DNA of 64,000 nucleotides from Octopus sinensis (GCF_006345805.1 NC_043010.1:31186001-31250000); one strand, 5' to 3'; shown: positions 40,384-52,011, counted from the stretch's first letter. Notes: a model not told the origin generated them from the letters alone. Numbers and translations: made by a program.

Positions 40384-40449
40384 CTGATGCAGATTCTGTA
40401 AGATTTGTTCACTGGCTTCTGTCTGACATGTAGAATTGCCATAAGCAGT
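40384..40449 (-). CDS. FAM53A: FAM53-family protein, 66-nt symmetric exon (TAYGNSTCQTEASEQILQNLHQ)
   Basis: Long pyrimidine tract ending ccctcag and strong donor CAG|GTGAGT. Phase 0-0 and stop-free. Gives KMTQ|TAYG, comparable to FAM53A KMTQ-TLKN. Confidence 0.75.
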
Positions 40450-41089
40450 CTGAGGGAGACGGGAAGAGTGAATAAGTGAGATAAAAGAGTGAGTATGTGA
40501 ACACAAGAGAGAGAGTTTTATATATATATATACACATATACATATATACATACACACATGCACACACACACATACATGCATATGTATAATGTGTTTGAGT
40601 GTAAGAGATACAGATAAACTGGACAGATAAGGTGTGCTGGAGGGGAGGGTTTTAGATGAGGTTGAGAAAGGTTAATTAGTAAAGAAGATAATAAGTGAAA
40701 AAGAAAAAAAACAACAACAAATTTGGATTAACTAGTGCACTCAGTACACCATCTTAACCTACCTGCCCATCCCTCACACTAGCACCGGTCACCCACAATC
40801 ACAAAAGCAAATACTGCAAATTCTGTGTGGGTGTATTTATATTTGTATGTATAAGTGTCTGCAATTTGATTTTTAACACAAATAAAAGACAGTACAGGGA
40901 TAGATATTACATGATATGCATACACAACTGAACAAATAAAGCATACATAAGACATACACCTACATGCAATTATACATGAACACACAAATACATACATTCA
41001 CTTATATATACACACACACACAGTCATACAATTATAGTCACACATCATCACCAGAATCCTTTTTACATCTGTGTTTTTTTCTCCCTGCT

Positions 41090-41620
41090 TGAATGAGATG
41101 TATAGATCTTTTCCAGCATAGTTATGCCATGTGTTGTAGTCTTTTTCTTATCTCCTTTGTGAGGCTTAGCCTTTTGAAACAAATTTTCACCCTTTCTTCC
41201 TAACCCTTCATCCACAAGTTCCTTTCACTTAAATCACACTTTTTTTCAACCCAACACTCTGTCATTCTCCATAAATATCATCACATGCCAGCCAATGTAT
41301 TCTTCTCTCCTGTACACTACATCTCATGGCTCTTATACACAATTTTTCTCTCAGTTCATTTGTGCTCAGTCATTCATGCACACAAACATTACATATCTAG
41401 TGGAGCATGTGCATCTCATTTCTTTACAGCCTTGCACATCCACTACATTCAGTATCCATGATTTACTGGTATACAACACTATACTTCATATACAAGCATC
41501 ATACAATCTGCCTTTCACTTGAAGTCAGATACTCTTTGTTGTCAATAGAAAGGTAATATCACCCAAAGACTTTCCACTTTGTTCTTATTCTTGTTACTAT
41601 GCTTTCCGAGCACCCACTTC
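41090..41620 (-). mobile_element. RTE LINE fragment
   Basis: Same family as 13745-14300 (atcatacaatctgcctttcac; agagtgtgggttg...). Confidence 0.7.
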
Positions 41621-42497
41621 TTCTGAGCATTTGAAGCAATTTACATCATGGGTGCTCTGACTGCTTGCTAACTGCTCCTGTGTGTCTTCTACATACAAAG
41701 TCTTACTTCTCTATCAATTGTCAATCCCTTTATACCTCTCATACACCCATAATTTACACAGGATACACCAGCCCTGGTTAAACTGTCTGATCCATGCCAG
41801 CATGGATGACAGACGTTAGATAATAATATGATGTACACCTTTTCTGCATATTTTGTAAGGCCACTTCCTTAATATCTAATGAATCCCATCTTCTTTCTTG
41901 CTAACTAAAACTTTTATCCTTGTTAGGTTTCATTAAGATCTTTTGGTTCTAAGTTCTGATAAAACTCTTGGAATTTCTTCTTTAAATTTTGTACAGATTC
42001 AGCTTTGAGAATTAAAACATCAGCTTACAGGAGTTCCCACAGATTTAAATTTGTCTGAGAACCATAATAAATGTGAGAAAACTGAGAACAAAGGAAACCC
42101 ACTAGCACACCATATTTTTTAATGAGCATGTTGCTAACACTTCTAACCATATAGCTGTCAACTTCAGTTAGTAGCCCCTCTGTTGGGTCTACTTGGAATA
42201 ATCCTACTCACTTCCATGTGTTCTCTACATTCGACAATTTCTTGTAATAACATTTCCAAGCCTCTCTCTATTTGGCATCAGTGAGGTTAAAGTGTGCTAC
42301 TATCAGTCCACACACACTTTCCAACAATCTCTCAATTTGTAGTGACACTTTGCATTGTACTCTGGGATATCACAGGCTTTTGATCCTCTTATTGCATAAC
42401 ATTAGCAAAACATTTTCAGATTCACATTAACACAACATTCTGAAGTGTTTATATGAAACACTTTAGACATCTACTTTAGATGCTGCTGCTGCTACTC

Positions 42498-42525
<28 letters not shown>

Positions 42526-42532
<7 letters not shown>

Positions 42533-43655
42533 CAGAAGAACTAAGAAGGAAGTTAATATGAATGGAGGACTCTGCACAAAGGCAGGAGTAGCAAGATTAT
42601 ACCTACCTAGAAAGGAAGGTGGAAGGGGGTTGATATCAGTAGAAGACTGCATGGAGTTAGCTAGAGTATATATACACTCCTATGTACATAATAGTGAAAA
42701 AAAGTTTATTAAAAGCTGCTAGAGTCACAGCAAGACACAGGGAAACCAAAACCCCAAACAAAGTAAAAAAAAAAACAGAAAAAAGAACAGAAATTATCTG
42801 ACTGGTAGGAGAAGGTGTTGCATGGTAGATTCCCAAAGATAGTTGTAGCAAATAATAGTAGTGAGACATGGTTATGGTTGCAGAAAGGAAAGCTGAAGAG
42901 GGAGACAGTAGCTGCACAAGATCAAGCATTAAGGACTAATTGGATAAAAGCCAAGATAGACAAAAACCAAGTAGATTCCCAATGTAGACTTTGCAAATCA
43001 AAAGAGGAAAGCATTACTCTTATAGTAAGTGAATGGAGTATGCTGGCACAGAAAGAGTACAAGAAAAGACATGGCAATCTAGGGAGAGCAATCCACTGGG
43101 AGCTATGTAGAAAGCTAGGATTTGAACATACTGGTAAATGGTATGAACATGAATCTAACAAAGTCCTAGAAAGGAAAAAATATAAGATGTAATGGGACTT
43201 TAACATTCAGACTGACAGAGTAATAGAAGCTAGAAGGCCTGATTTGGTAGTAGTATATAAAGGGAGTAGAAAGTGCCTAATAATTGACTTTATAAGTCTC
43301 AAATGTTGAAAAAATTAATATGTAAGGTATAGAAAAAATAGCAAAGTACCAAGACCTAGCTATTGAATTAGAGAGATTATGGAAAGTGCAGGTATGCATC
43401 CCAGTAGTTATAAGTGCATTGAGAAATATCCCTAAAGATCTGAATAGGACAGAGGAAATAGGCATAAAACCCAGTTTAGTACAGCTCCAGAAAACAGTGT
43501 TATTAGGGACAGCTAGGATACTTAGAAGGATTCTTGGCATCTAAGATTATTTGCTGTAACCCAATAGGAGGGTTCTAGGTATCTAAGGTTACTTGTTGCA
43601 GCCTGATGTTAGGATTCTTTTCTTTTCCAACAGTCTAATCTGTTGAGTGTATATG
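42526..43655 (+). mobile_element. Dong/R4-clade non-LTR 3' fragment (about 1.1 kb)
   Basis: RLYLPRKEGGRGLISVEDC, LHGRF, AAQDQALRT, CRLCKSKEESI, KKRH...IHWELC, WDFNIQTD...RPDL; begins directly after (TAA)n. Confidence 0.88.
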
Positions 43656-45499
43656 AAAATAATAATTATAATAATCCTTTCTACTAAAGGGACAAGGCCT
43701 GAGATTTTGAGGAGAGGGGACTAGTCGATTTCATCAACCTCAGTGTTTCACCCTGAAAGGATGAAAGGCAAAGTCGACCTTGGTAGAATTTAAACTCAGA
43801 ATGTAAGGATGGATGAAATGCTGCCAGGCATTTTGCCAAACGTGCTAACGATTCTGCCAGCTCGCCACCTTCATAATAATAATAAGAAGAATAAGAACAA
43901 GAAGCGGATATATAAACCCACATCATCGACCTATGTGTGTGTGTGTGTGGGGGGGGATGGATGGATGGATGAATGTATGGATCAAAAGAAGAAAAATGAA
44001 ATCAATATCAAATTAATGCTGGCTGTATTTACATACACTCACAACACATTGTACGTATGGTGTATATAGGTTCAAAAGTGCAATGTACTTATATGTCTAA
44101 TGATAAGTATCAATGTAGGTTCGTGTGGTCTTGAGTAGCTTCAGGGGAAATTCATGTTTCAAGCATTTGAAGCTAAAGGTCATCTTATGCTGATTCCAAC
44201 TATTACAATGATGAAAAATGGTTTATTCTGTCATTTTCCTTATTCTTGGGGGGTCTTTAAAAGTCATGGGCACCATACATAAATATATTACAGAGTGCAA
44301 GGTGTGACTGTGTAGTTAAGAAGTTTGCTTTTCAACTACATGGTTTTGAGTTCAGTCCCATTGCGTGGCACTTTGGGCAAGTGTCTTTCTACTACTACAA
44401 CCCCAGGCTGACCGAACCTTGTGAATGGATTTAGTGGATGGAAACTGAAAGAAGCCCATTGTGTCTGCATATATATGAGTGTGTGTGTTTCGTAGTCTTG
44501 ATATTGCACCATAGTTGTGATTGCTACTGTTATACAAGCAGTCTGGCCATGGCATAATATCTTGCTTGAAAACAGGCAAGGGTTAGCAACAGAAAGAGCA
44601 TCGGGCTTTGAAAAATCTGCTCCAATAAATACTAATCCATACAAGTATAGAAAAAGTGGATGTTGACATCATAGTGAAGATGATGATAGTGACACACAAA
44701 AAACATACATCCAGATATATTTCAACCTGGGTCATAATTTCTCTGAAGTATTCGTTTTATTTTTTTTTGCAACATAGAACTCCCAGCCTAACTCTTTTAT
44801 TTTATACATACACCATTATGCTTGGTTTAATACCACCTCCTCACCCATGGATTTTGCTCTTCACACCTACACTTCTCTAGATTCTTTTATTCTTTTACTT
44901 GTTTCAATCATTTGACTGCAGCCATGCTGGAGCACCACCTTAAAGGAATTATAGTTGAAGAAATTGACCCCAGAACTTATTCTTTGTAAGCCTAGTACTT
45001 ATTCTATCAGTCTTTTTTGTCAAACTACTAAGTTATGGGGATGTGAGTACACCAACATTAGTTGTCAAGCGATGGTGGTGGGGACAAACACAGAATCATA
45101 CACATATATGACGGGCTTCTTTCAGTTTCTGTCTACCAAATCCACTTACAAGGCTTTGGTTGGCCTGAGGCTATAGTAGAAGACACTTGTCCAAGGTGTT
45201 AAAAAACAAAAAACAAAAAAAAAAAACTAAACCTGGAAAATTCACCCTTCTTTAACATTTGTGAACTCTGATTTAACCTAGACTCTACACACATCACTTC
45301 ATACTAACACAAACCACACATCCAAATGTTTATGTGGATTTCATTCTTACTGCAATTCATTTGTCTCACTTAGAATCTCTCTCTCTCTCTCTCTCATTGT
45401 CTTGTTAATGACTAACAGTACAGCTTTTATATAACCAGATTTACTGGTGACCTACTCTATTATATCACTTATCAGTGGGCTCTCAGACCTCAAAAAATT

Positions 45500-45900
45500 T
45501 GATGAAAATAGTGTTATTGTCCTCAACAAAACCAAAGCTTTCAATTGTGCCTAGCATGTGAATCTTCTGGCAAAACTACTCATCAATGGGCTCTACCTGT
45601 CTTTTGCTTCTATGTTCAAAGATTCCTATCAGATTGTCCCATTACAGTATGTACTGCTGGAATTCCCTGACCTACATTCTAAAAATGCTGGTATGTCTCA
45701 AGATTTAGTTTTCTTCTTCCCACACATACACATGTACTTCCTCATCATCATACATCAATGCCCTACATGCCATCACTTTCAACAACACCCACTCATACAC
45801 AGACAAAACTCCTCATTCCTTCTTCACCCATGTTACTCAAATGTCAGTCACAAGCAACTTTGGCACCTCATGGTAAACCTGCACTGAGTTCACAAACAGG
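45500..45900 (+). mobile_element. L2/CR1-group reverse transcriptase fragment
   Basis: VLNKTKAFNCA*HVNLLAKL resembles the D.SKAFD.VWH..LL.KL motif. Confidence 0.5.
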
Positions 45901-45994
45901 GACCTAGGAAGCAATCTGTGATAAGATCAGGCCAACAGTGTCTTCATTAACAGCACATATGCAATCACAGCATATATTTAGAAAACATTAATTG

Positions 45995-46040
45995 AGAAAG
46001 AGAGAGAGAGAAGAGACAGAGTGAGAGTGTGAGAGAGAGA

Positions 46041-46097
<57 letters not shown>
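45995..46097. repeat. (GA)n microsatellite in the FAM53 intron, 170 nt downstream of the large exon donor
   Basis: Read directly; a (UC)n tract on the transcribed strand. Confidence 0.95.
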
Positions 46098-46100
<3 letters not shown>

Positions 46101-46264
46101 AGGAACGTGTTAATGTGAGCAAAAGTGAGGATCAGCATGAGTTTATGTATGAAGAGAAAGAGAGAAAGGAGAAAATAAATAAAAGCTTGTGTGTTTGTGT
46201 GTGCATGCACGCCACACATGCATCATTAAACAACACTAACAACAAAAAAGATTTTAAAACTGAC

Positions 46265-47871
46265 CTGTGTCATCTTGTGAAAATCCAGGGTTGGCCTGTC
46301 ATAGTCCCGGCGTCGTTTCACTCCAGCTTTACGGTCATGCAGGACACATGGCTGGGAGCGGCACCGCGGAATACGTTGACGGCGGGGGGAAGAAGGGTTT
46401 GACACAGACGTCTTGCATGCTGCTGGTACACTTGGCGTTGACCCACTGGCAGAGACTGTCTTTCCGAGCTGCTGCTGTTGCTGCTGCTGGGGTGGCATTA
46501 GACGTTGGGTGGGTATTATCTGTGTGGGAGGTGGATGAGGCGGTGGAAGGACCTGTTGCTGTCGTGAGTGAGGGTAGTGGGTATGAGACGGATAATGGTG
46601 AGGATGATGAGGAGGGTGTGAGGGTGAAGAGAGGATGGATGAGGATGGTGAAAATGATGAAGGAGATGTAGAGTTACTGATGGAGCACTGGTCTTCAAGT
46701 GACAGGCTCCGGTGTTTCTGAAAGGACCAAAATGGTGTTTGTGGTGGCAGGCTGCAACTGGTTGTGGCCAGTTTCACTGGTGATGATGATGGGGACGATG
46801 AAGTAGCAGCAGCAACAGGAGTAGCAAAAGGAGAGGATGCATAAGCCTTGGGAAGAGGCATAGTGAGGAAGCAAGAAGAACCAGTGGCCTGGCTTGTTAC
46901 TGTGGTGGGATGAGGTCGTGGTTGAAGGGGAAAAGAAGAAGGGGAAGAGCACGATGATGGTGAGGAAAAACCAGAGTTATTGTAACCATGTCCAGTCTGC
47001 ATGTCCGATACTGGTTTAAAGGCCCTATTCTCGACATCGTCGCGATAACCAACAATTGAAACAGAGGCAGGGCGGGGTACTGGAGACTCTGGTGGGGTGT
47101 GCAGTAATGTGACGGATTTGTTGAGTTGAGTGGAGCATGAAATGGGATCCAAAACTGCAGTAAAAGTCTGTTGTGTTTTAGAGGAAATTGAAGATGGGTC
47201 TGCAGTTGTTGGCCAATGGACAGCACCCGAGAAAACAGCAGGATGGTTTGTGAGTGATGAAAATGAAGTGGATGATGAAATTCCTGAAACTTCCGACACT
47301 GATTCTCCTTCTGCTGATATAAAACTCTGTTGATATTGGCTCCAGCTGTCCTCAGTTACAGGGTTAAAGGCAACAGGTTTCAGCAGTGACCCTGAATTCC
47401 TTGGACTCAGTTCCAATGCTACAAAATAGTTGGAGCTGTTTATTGGCGCTGAGATGTATGGTTTCTGGCTGCCACTCTCTGATGGAATCGATAAGGAACG
47501 GCAGTGCTTCTTCTTTGGTGGGTATGGAGGAGTGCCAGGAGATGTGTCCTTGATGGTATCATTATCACTACCCATATCGCCAGTAGTTAATGGAATGTCT
47601 GTGCTGTTACTCACAGAACAATCGCTAGATAAGCTACTTCCATAACGAGTCCGAAGGCCATCAGATATATGGGATGAGCTAGCAGAATGAGAAAGGATAG
47701 GTGCAGACAGACAGGAGCTCTGTCTTGTGCAGGCACCACTTGGAGGCAAAGTTTGGTAAACTTTCTTCTTCTCTAGATTATCACCTAATTTCAGAGACAG
47801 CATACTTTGCAGAGTTGCATTAAGGCCAGTGCATTCTGAATGACAGGTCTTGAGTTTCCAGGGATCTGGTT
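46265..47871 (-). CDS. FAM53A: FAM53-family protein, large central exon (1607 nt)
   Basis: Acceptor tttttatttgttttcag and donor CAG|GTCAGT (phase 0). Encodes FAM53 hallmarks: PDPWK, PPKKKHCRSLSIP, PESPVPRPAS, HRSLSLE, and RCRSQPCVLHDRKAGVKRRRDYDRPTLDFHKMTQ (compare FAM53A RCRSQPCVL...KRRR...RPSLDFLKMTQ). Confidence 0.95.
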
Positions 47872-48889
47872 CTGAAAACAAATAAAAAAAAAAGAGTATT
47901 ACTAGCAGTAAATGATTGCTTCATACTAAGAAAAGCCGATTTTTATAGAAGACTCAGTGAAATTGACTTTAAAAACATGAGTGCTTATTTTATCTAACCA
48001 TCTCTCAAGAGATAAAAGGCAAAGTGAAGAGTAGCAAGATTTGAGCTCAAAATCTAGATCATTGAAACTAAACATTATAAATCAGTCAACATGGTGTCCT
48101 ATCATTTCTGCTAAATTACCTCCCACATTACCAAGAAGTCATTATTATTGTTCTAATGTCCACTTTTCCATGCTTGTATGGATCAGGCAAAGTTTATTGA
48201 GGTAGATTTTATACAGCAAGAAGTCTTTCCTCTTTCCAAGCAAAGAAATATTTCTCCATGACTAGACATGTTTTCACTGAATATTGGAAATAAATGATAC
48301 TGCTTGTGATATTCATTTATATTTAAGTGATATTCATTTATAACTATCACAAAATGTTAAGACAAGGAGACACAAAAATACATACACACACAGGGTTTCT
48401 TTCAGTTTCCATATACCAAATCCACTCACAAGGCTTTGGTTGACCCAGGGCTGTAGTAGAGACTTGTTCAAGGTGCTACATGGTGGGACTGATATCTAAA
48501 CCATGTGTTTGGAAAGTAAGCATTTTAACCTTACAGCCATACCTGTGCCTAGTAGTTGTAGAAATTTTTTTTTATTTGCCAACAGGTCTACAACAATGGG
48601 TAGAACAATAGGTCTTCACCTAGGAGAACACCCTAGATGATTATGGTTAACACCCAAGTCAGGTATTTCTCAAATCTCACCACATATACCAGAAAACAAA
48701 TACTGTATATAGAGGTGCAGGAGTGGCTGTGTTGTTAAGAAGCTCATTTTGCAACAATGTGGTTTCAGGTTCAGTCTTGCTACAAGGTACCTTGGGAAAT
48801 GTCTTCTACAATAACCTCAGGCCAACCAACACCTTATGAGTGAATTTGATAAATGAAAACTGTGTAGAAGACCATTCTGTGTATATATA

Positions 48890-48919
<30 letters not shown>

Positions 48920-48920
<1 letters not shown>

Positions 48921-49105
48921 CCAGAGTAAACACATAAATGTGAAACAAGGTGGAAAAAAAGGGTACTCAAATACCAGAGGTAGAGTAATATGCTTTATTT
49001 AAAAGTAACAGAAATTTAACAAAAGCTGTTACTCGGAGTTTCATGTTCCCGTTCGTCGGACAGTTTTGTTAAAAACTGTCCAACGAACTGCTGCTTTGAA
49101 ATAAA
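48920..49105 (-). mobile_element. Penelope-like terminal fragment with inverted junction
   Basis: Contains the hammerhead-like motif and the local inverted repeat gttcgtcggacagtttt / aaaactgtccaacgaac, and is flanked on both sides by (TA)n. Confidence 0.5.
49015..49072 (-). ncRNA. type I hammerhead-ribozyme-like motif (U4C core variant) in a Penelope-like terminus
   Basis: Minus strand reads UUAACAAAA-CUGU CCGACGA ACG-GGAA-CAU GAA ACU-CCG-AGU A ACAG-C-UUUUGUUAA. Helices I, II (one mismatch) and III and a GUA cleavage triplet all fall in hammerhead register. Confidence 0.6.
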
Positions 49106-49156
<51 letters not shown>

Positions 49157-49338
49157 CATGTGTGTGTGTGTGTGTGTGAGAGTGTGTTTTTTCCTGGGGT
49201 CAATTTGTTTGACTTAACTCTTCAAGGTGGTGCACAAGCATGGCTACAGTCCAATGACTGAAATAAGTAAAAGATAAAAGATATCTTAAATAGATAACCT
49301 CCTTCCTTTTTGTTTAAAGTTAAGAGATCTTGTCTTAC

Positions 49339-49417
49339 CTGTATTAGTGACAGAGGCTGAAGGTTTTGATGGTGAAGAGAAACTCTTTCCCATATCTGCT
49401 GAAGACAACATGGAGGA
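49339..49417 (-). CDS. FAM53A: FAM53-family protein, 79-nt coding exon (SSMLSSADMGKSFSSPSKPSASVTNT)
   Basis: Acceptor ttttttctttttttatttcag-type pyrimidine tract and donor ACAG|GTAAGA. Its length (26x3+1) exactly converts the phase-0 donor at 50797 into the phase-1 acceptor at 47871, with no stop in that frame. Confidence 0.85.
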
Positions 49418-49641
49418 CTGAAATAAAAAAGAAAAAAGGAAAAATATAATGGGAAAGACAGAAAATTAAAATTGTCTACAGGTGTAGCTGTGTGGTGAGA
49501 AGCTTGCTTCCCAATCACATGGTTCTGGGTTCAATCCCAATACGTGGCACCTTGGGCAAGTGTGTTCTACTATGGCCTTGGGCTGACCAAACCTTGTGAG
49601 TGGATTTAGTAGACAGAAACTGAAAGGAGCCTGTCATATAT

Positions 49642-49687
<46 letters not shown>

Positions 49688-49986
49688 GCCCCAGCACGGT
49701 TGCAGCCTAATGACTGAAACACATAGAAGATAAAAGTTATATATATATATATATCTGTGTGTGTGTGTCTGTGCATGTCTCCCACCATCGCTTGACAGCT
49801 AGTGTTGGTGTATTTATGACCTTGTAACTTGGTGGTTTGGCAAAAGAGACTGGCAGAATAAGTACCAGGCTTTAATAAAATAGGTACTGGGTAGTGGTTA
49901 AGAGCACGGGCTACTAAACCCCAAGATTCTGAGTTCGATTCCAAGCAGTGACCAGAACAATAATAATAATAATAATAATAATAATG

Positions 49987-50250
49987 CCTGGTGTACCCTT
50001 ATCAGACGGGTAGTCATGATGGGTATATTGGGCTTCGTATATTTTACCCCAGTGTCACTTTGATGGCATGAACTGCTCTCTCACTCAATAATAATAATAA
50101 TAATAACATCAAAAAATACCTTAGGAATGAGAACCCAGGTTCAAAATTTCCCCAATACACCTGATGAAGGCTGGAGGGTATATCAGCCGAAATGTTGTAT
50201 CCACAACAAACAAGATGAGGACAAATATCCGTCAGATGTAAATAATGTAT
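49987..50250 (+). mobile_element. Penelope-like element terminal fragment with degenerate hammerhead core at 50161-50200
   Basis: CTGATGA-A-GGCTG(gagggtatat)CAGCC-GAAA-TGTT-GT, with a perfect 5-bp helix II and an internal (AAT)n tract. Helices I and III are decayed. The Penelope assignment is inferred from the motif. Confidence 0.5.
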
Positions 50251-50796
50251 TTCCATTTTGTTGAAATATTGTGGTCACTTAACTGTGCTATTAGACAGAC
50301 AATTATCCATCTACAGATCAATTCTACACCAAAATGACACAAAATAGCATTAGCAGTGGGATATGTGATCAATAAAGTGATTGATTGATTGGCACAATTG
50401 TTTGAGTGCATTAAGATATTTTCCTGGTCCTCTGTACTGTGATTTCAAATCCAATGGAGATCAACTTATCCTTTCATCCTTCTGAACCCACAAGCACACA
50501 GTAAACTAAATGCTGGCGAAGCCATCTCTCCTTCTACCCGTCACTGGGTAGATGTTCCACTGGGTCCAAGGTGAGAGAGCTGAGTGGATATCTAAGTTTG
50601 TTTGTAACTACATAGGCACCTAAAACAGCTAATGAGAACATAGCATATGCTACCATGTCATCCTCAATTCTGAGTGATGGCCATGGTAAGAATATGATCC
50701 AACAACCTACAAGATAGAATGTAGATTCAATTTAATATAGTTGCTACTATGTAAACTCTGCTCATAAATGAAAATCAAAGATGAAATAAGCCTTAC

Positions 50797-51846
50797 CTCT
50801 TGATGTTCCCTCTGAGATCTTTGTTGTGGGCTGCCACTATCCAGCACCATTTGATTCCATAATTTATCAGTGATGTAAGCTACAGTATGCCCAGTATTAC
50901 CACAAGAGTCAGACAACCCATGGCTACTAACCTCAACACCATTGCCATCACCACTACCACAAGTACTACTATTAATACTACTCATGCTATTATTAGAAGT
51001 ACAGCTAGACAGCATTCCACTGCAACTGGAATCTTCAGTCACAGGAACTGAGGAAGTAGATGTAGGGCTTGGCTGGAAATGGTAGGGCTGTGAAAGAAAA
51101 GATAGGTTCTTTTTGTGGGCAGCCAGCTTCTGTTGAGGCAGCTGTTGCCTGTGGTGGGGTTGAAGTTGTAGACCATAACTGTTGCCACTCTGGTGGTGAT
51201 TTGGACTAGAGTGCTTACGATGCACTTGCTGTTGCTGCTGTGAAGAAGAGGAGGAGGAAGAGGAGAAAATCAACAATGACGAGGATGTTGGTGACACAGA
51301 AGTTGCAGTCAGCAAGGGTAGTAACTGTGACACTGAGGAAGGACAGCTAACCTTCAGGTTACTATATAACTGATGGGATGCAGGGTTAGATGATACAGCT
51401 GAACAAGCATTGTCAACAGCTGAAGAGGATACTTCAGATGATGTCACTCTGTCTAATTGAGCTGGGCACCGGGATGAAGACAACTGATCACATATCTGGA
51501 CCTCTTGCTGTTTACTACAATGCAAAGGGGACTGGAAAGTGCCATGCTCTGAAACTTCACCTTGTTGCAGTGGCAGCTGTCTTAACAGTGGATTCTGCAG
51601 CCGAGACTCATCCAAATCCTTCTGCAAACTTTGCTGCACATGCTGGTAGGGGAAGTTGAGTGCTTTGGAGGGTGCTGTCTCCCGTCCAATGCTCTGAGCA
51701 CACCCAATCATAGCCACTGCTGTTGATGAACTGGCAGCTACTGAAGTGACTGGGGTCAGACGCTCCTGCGACTGATAACCACCCCGTCCAACAGTTCGGC
51801 TTGATGGATACAATGATTGCAGCTGACGACCACTAACATCAATCAT
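50797..51846 (-). CDS. FAM53A: FAM53-family protein, first coding exon (350 codons; S/Q/H-rich N-terminal extension plus conserved ITDKL motif)
   Basis: 400-codon open frame. First in-frame ATG at 51846 (MIDVSGRQ), in-frame TAA upstream at 51927-51925. Acceptor ttctttgttttcag ends at 52050, so the exon starts at 52049 with about 203 nt of 5'UTR. Donor GAG|GTAAGG at 50797, phase 0. VAYITDKLWNQMVLD resembles the FAM53A N-terminus MVTLITEKLQSQSLDD (recalled from memory). The start codon choice is inferred. Confidence 0.8.
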
Positions 51847-51920
51847 TCTGTCCTTTGCTTCCCCCGCTGCTGCGTCAGTGGTTGTAGTTGTGGGAACAAC
51901 CGCAGCCACAGTGATAGTTG

Positions 51921-51959
51921 TTAGTTAGTGCCACAGTGGATTAGGTGACAGACACTCAT
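51921..51959 (-). promoter_or_regulatory. uORF2 in FAM53 5'UTR (MSVCHLIHCGTN-stop)
   Basis: ATG at 51959 to TAA at 51923-51921, ending about 75 nt before the main ATG. Confidence 0.5.
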
Positions 51960-51993
51960 GGGGTTCTCCTCTAAATCAACAAACAACAGCCAA

Positions 51994-52011
51994 TCAGGAA
52001 TCCGACTTCAT
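51994..52011 (-). promoter_or_regulatory. uORF1 in FAM53 5'UTR (MKSDS-stop)
   Basis: ATG AAG TCG GAT TCC TGA inside the inferred 5'UTR part of the exon starting at 52049. Confidence 0.5.

Noticed and set aside
46267-47645. Plus-strand ORFs (46267-46671, 46695-46952, 47130-47333, 47430-47645) and 51390-51659
   Set aside because: Antisense shadows of GC-richer FAM53 coding exons.
50707-50796. ORF-track extensions beyond the FAM53 donors (VRLISS..., VSFKIFF...) and before the acceptors (MMSTIIWFFF...)
   Set aside because: Read-through into intron across canonical splice sites.
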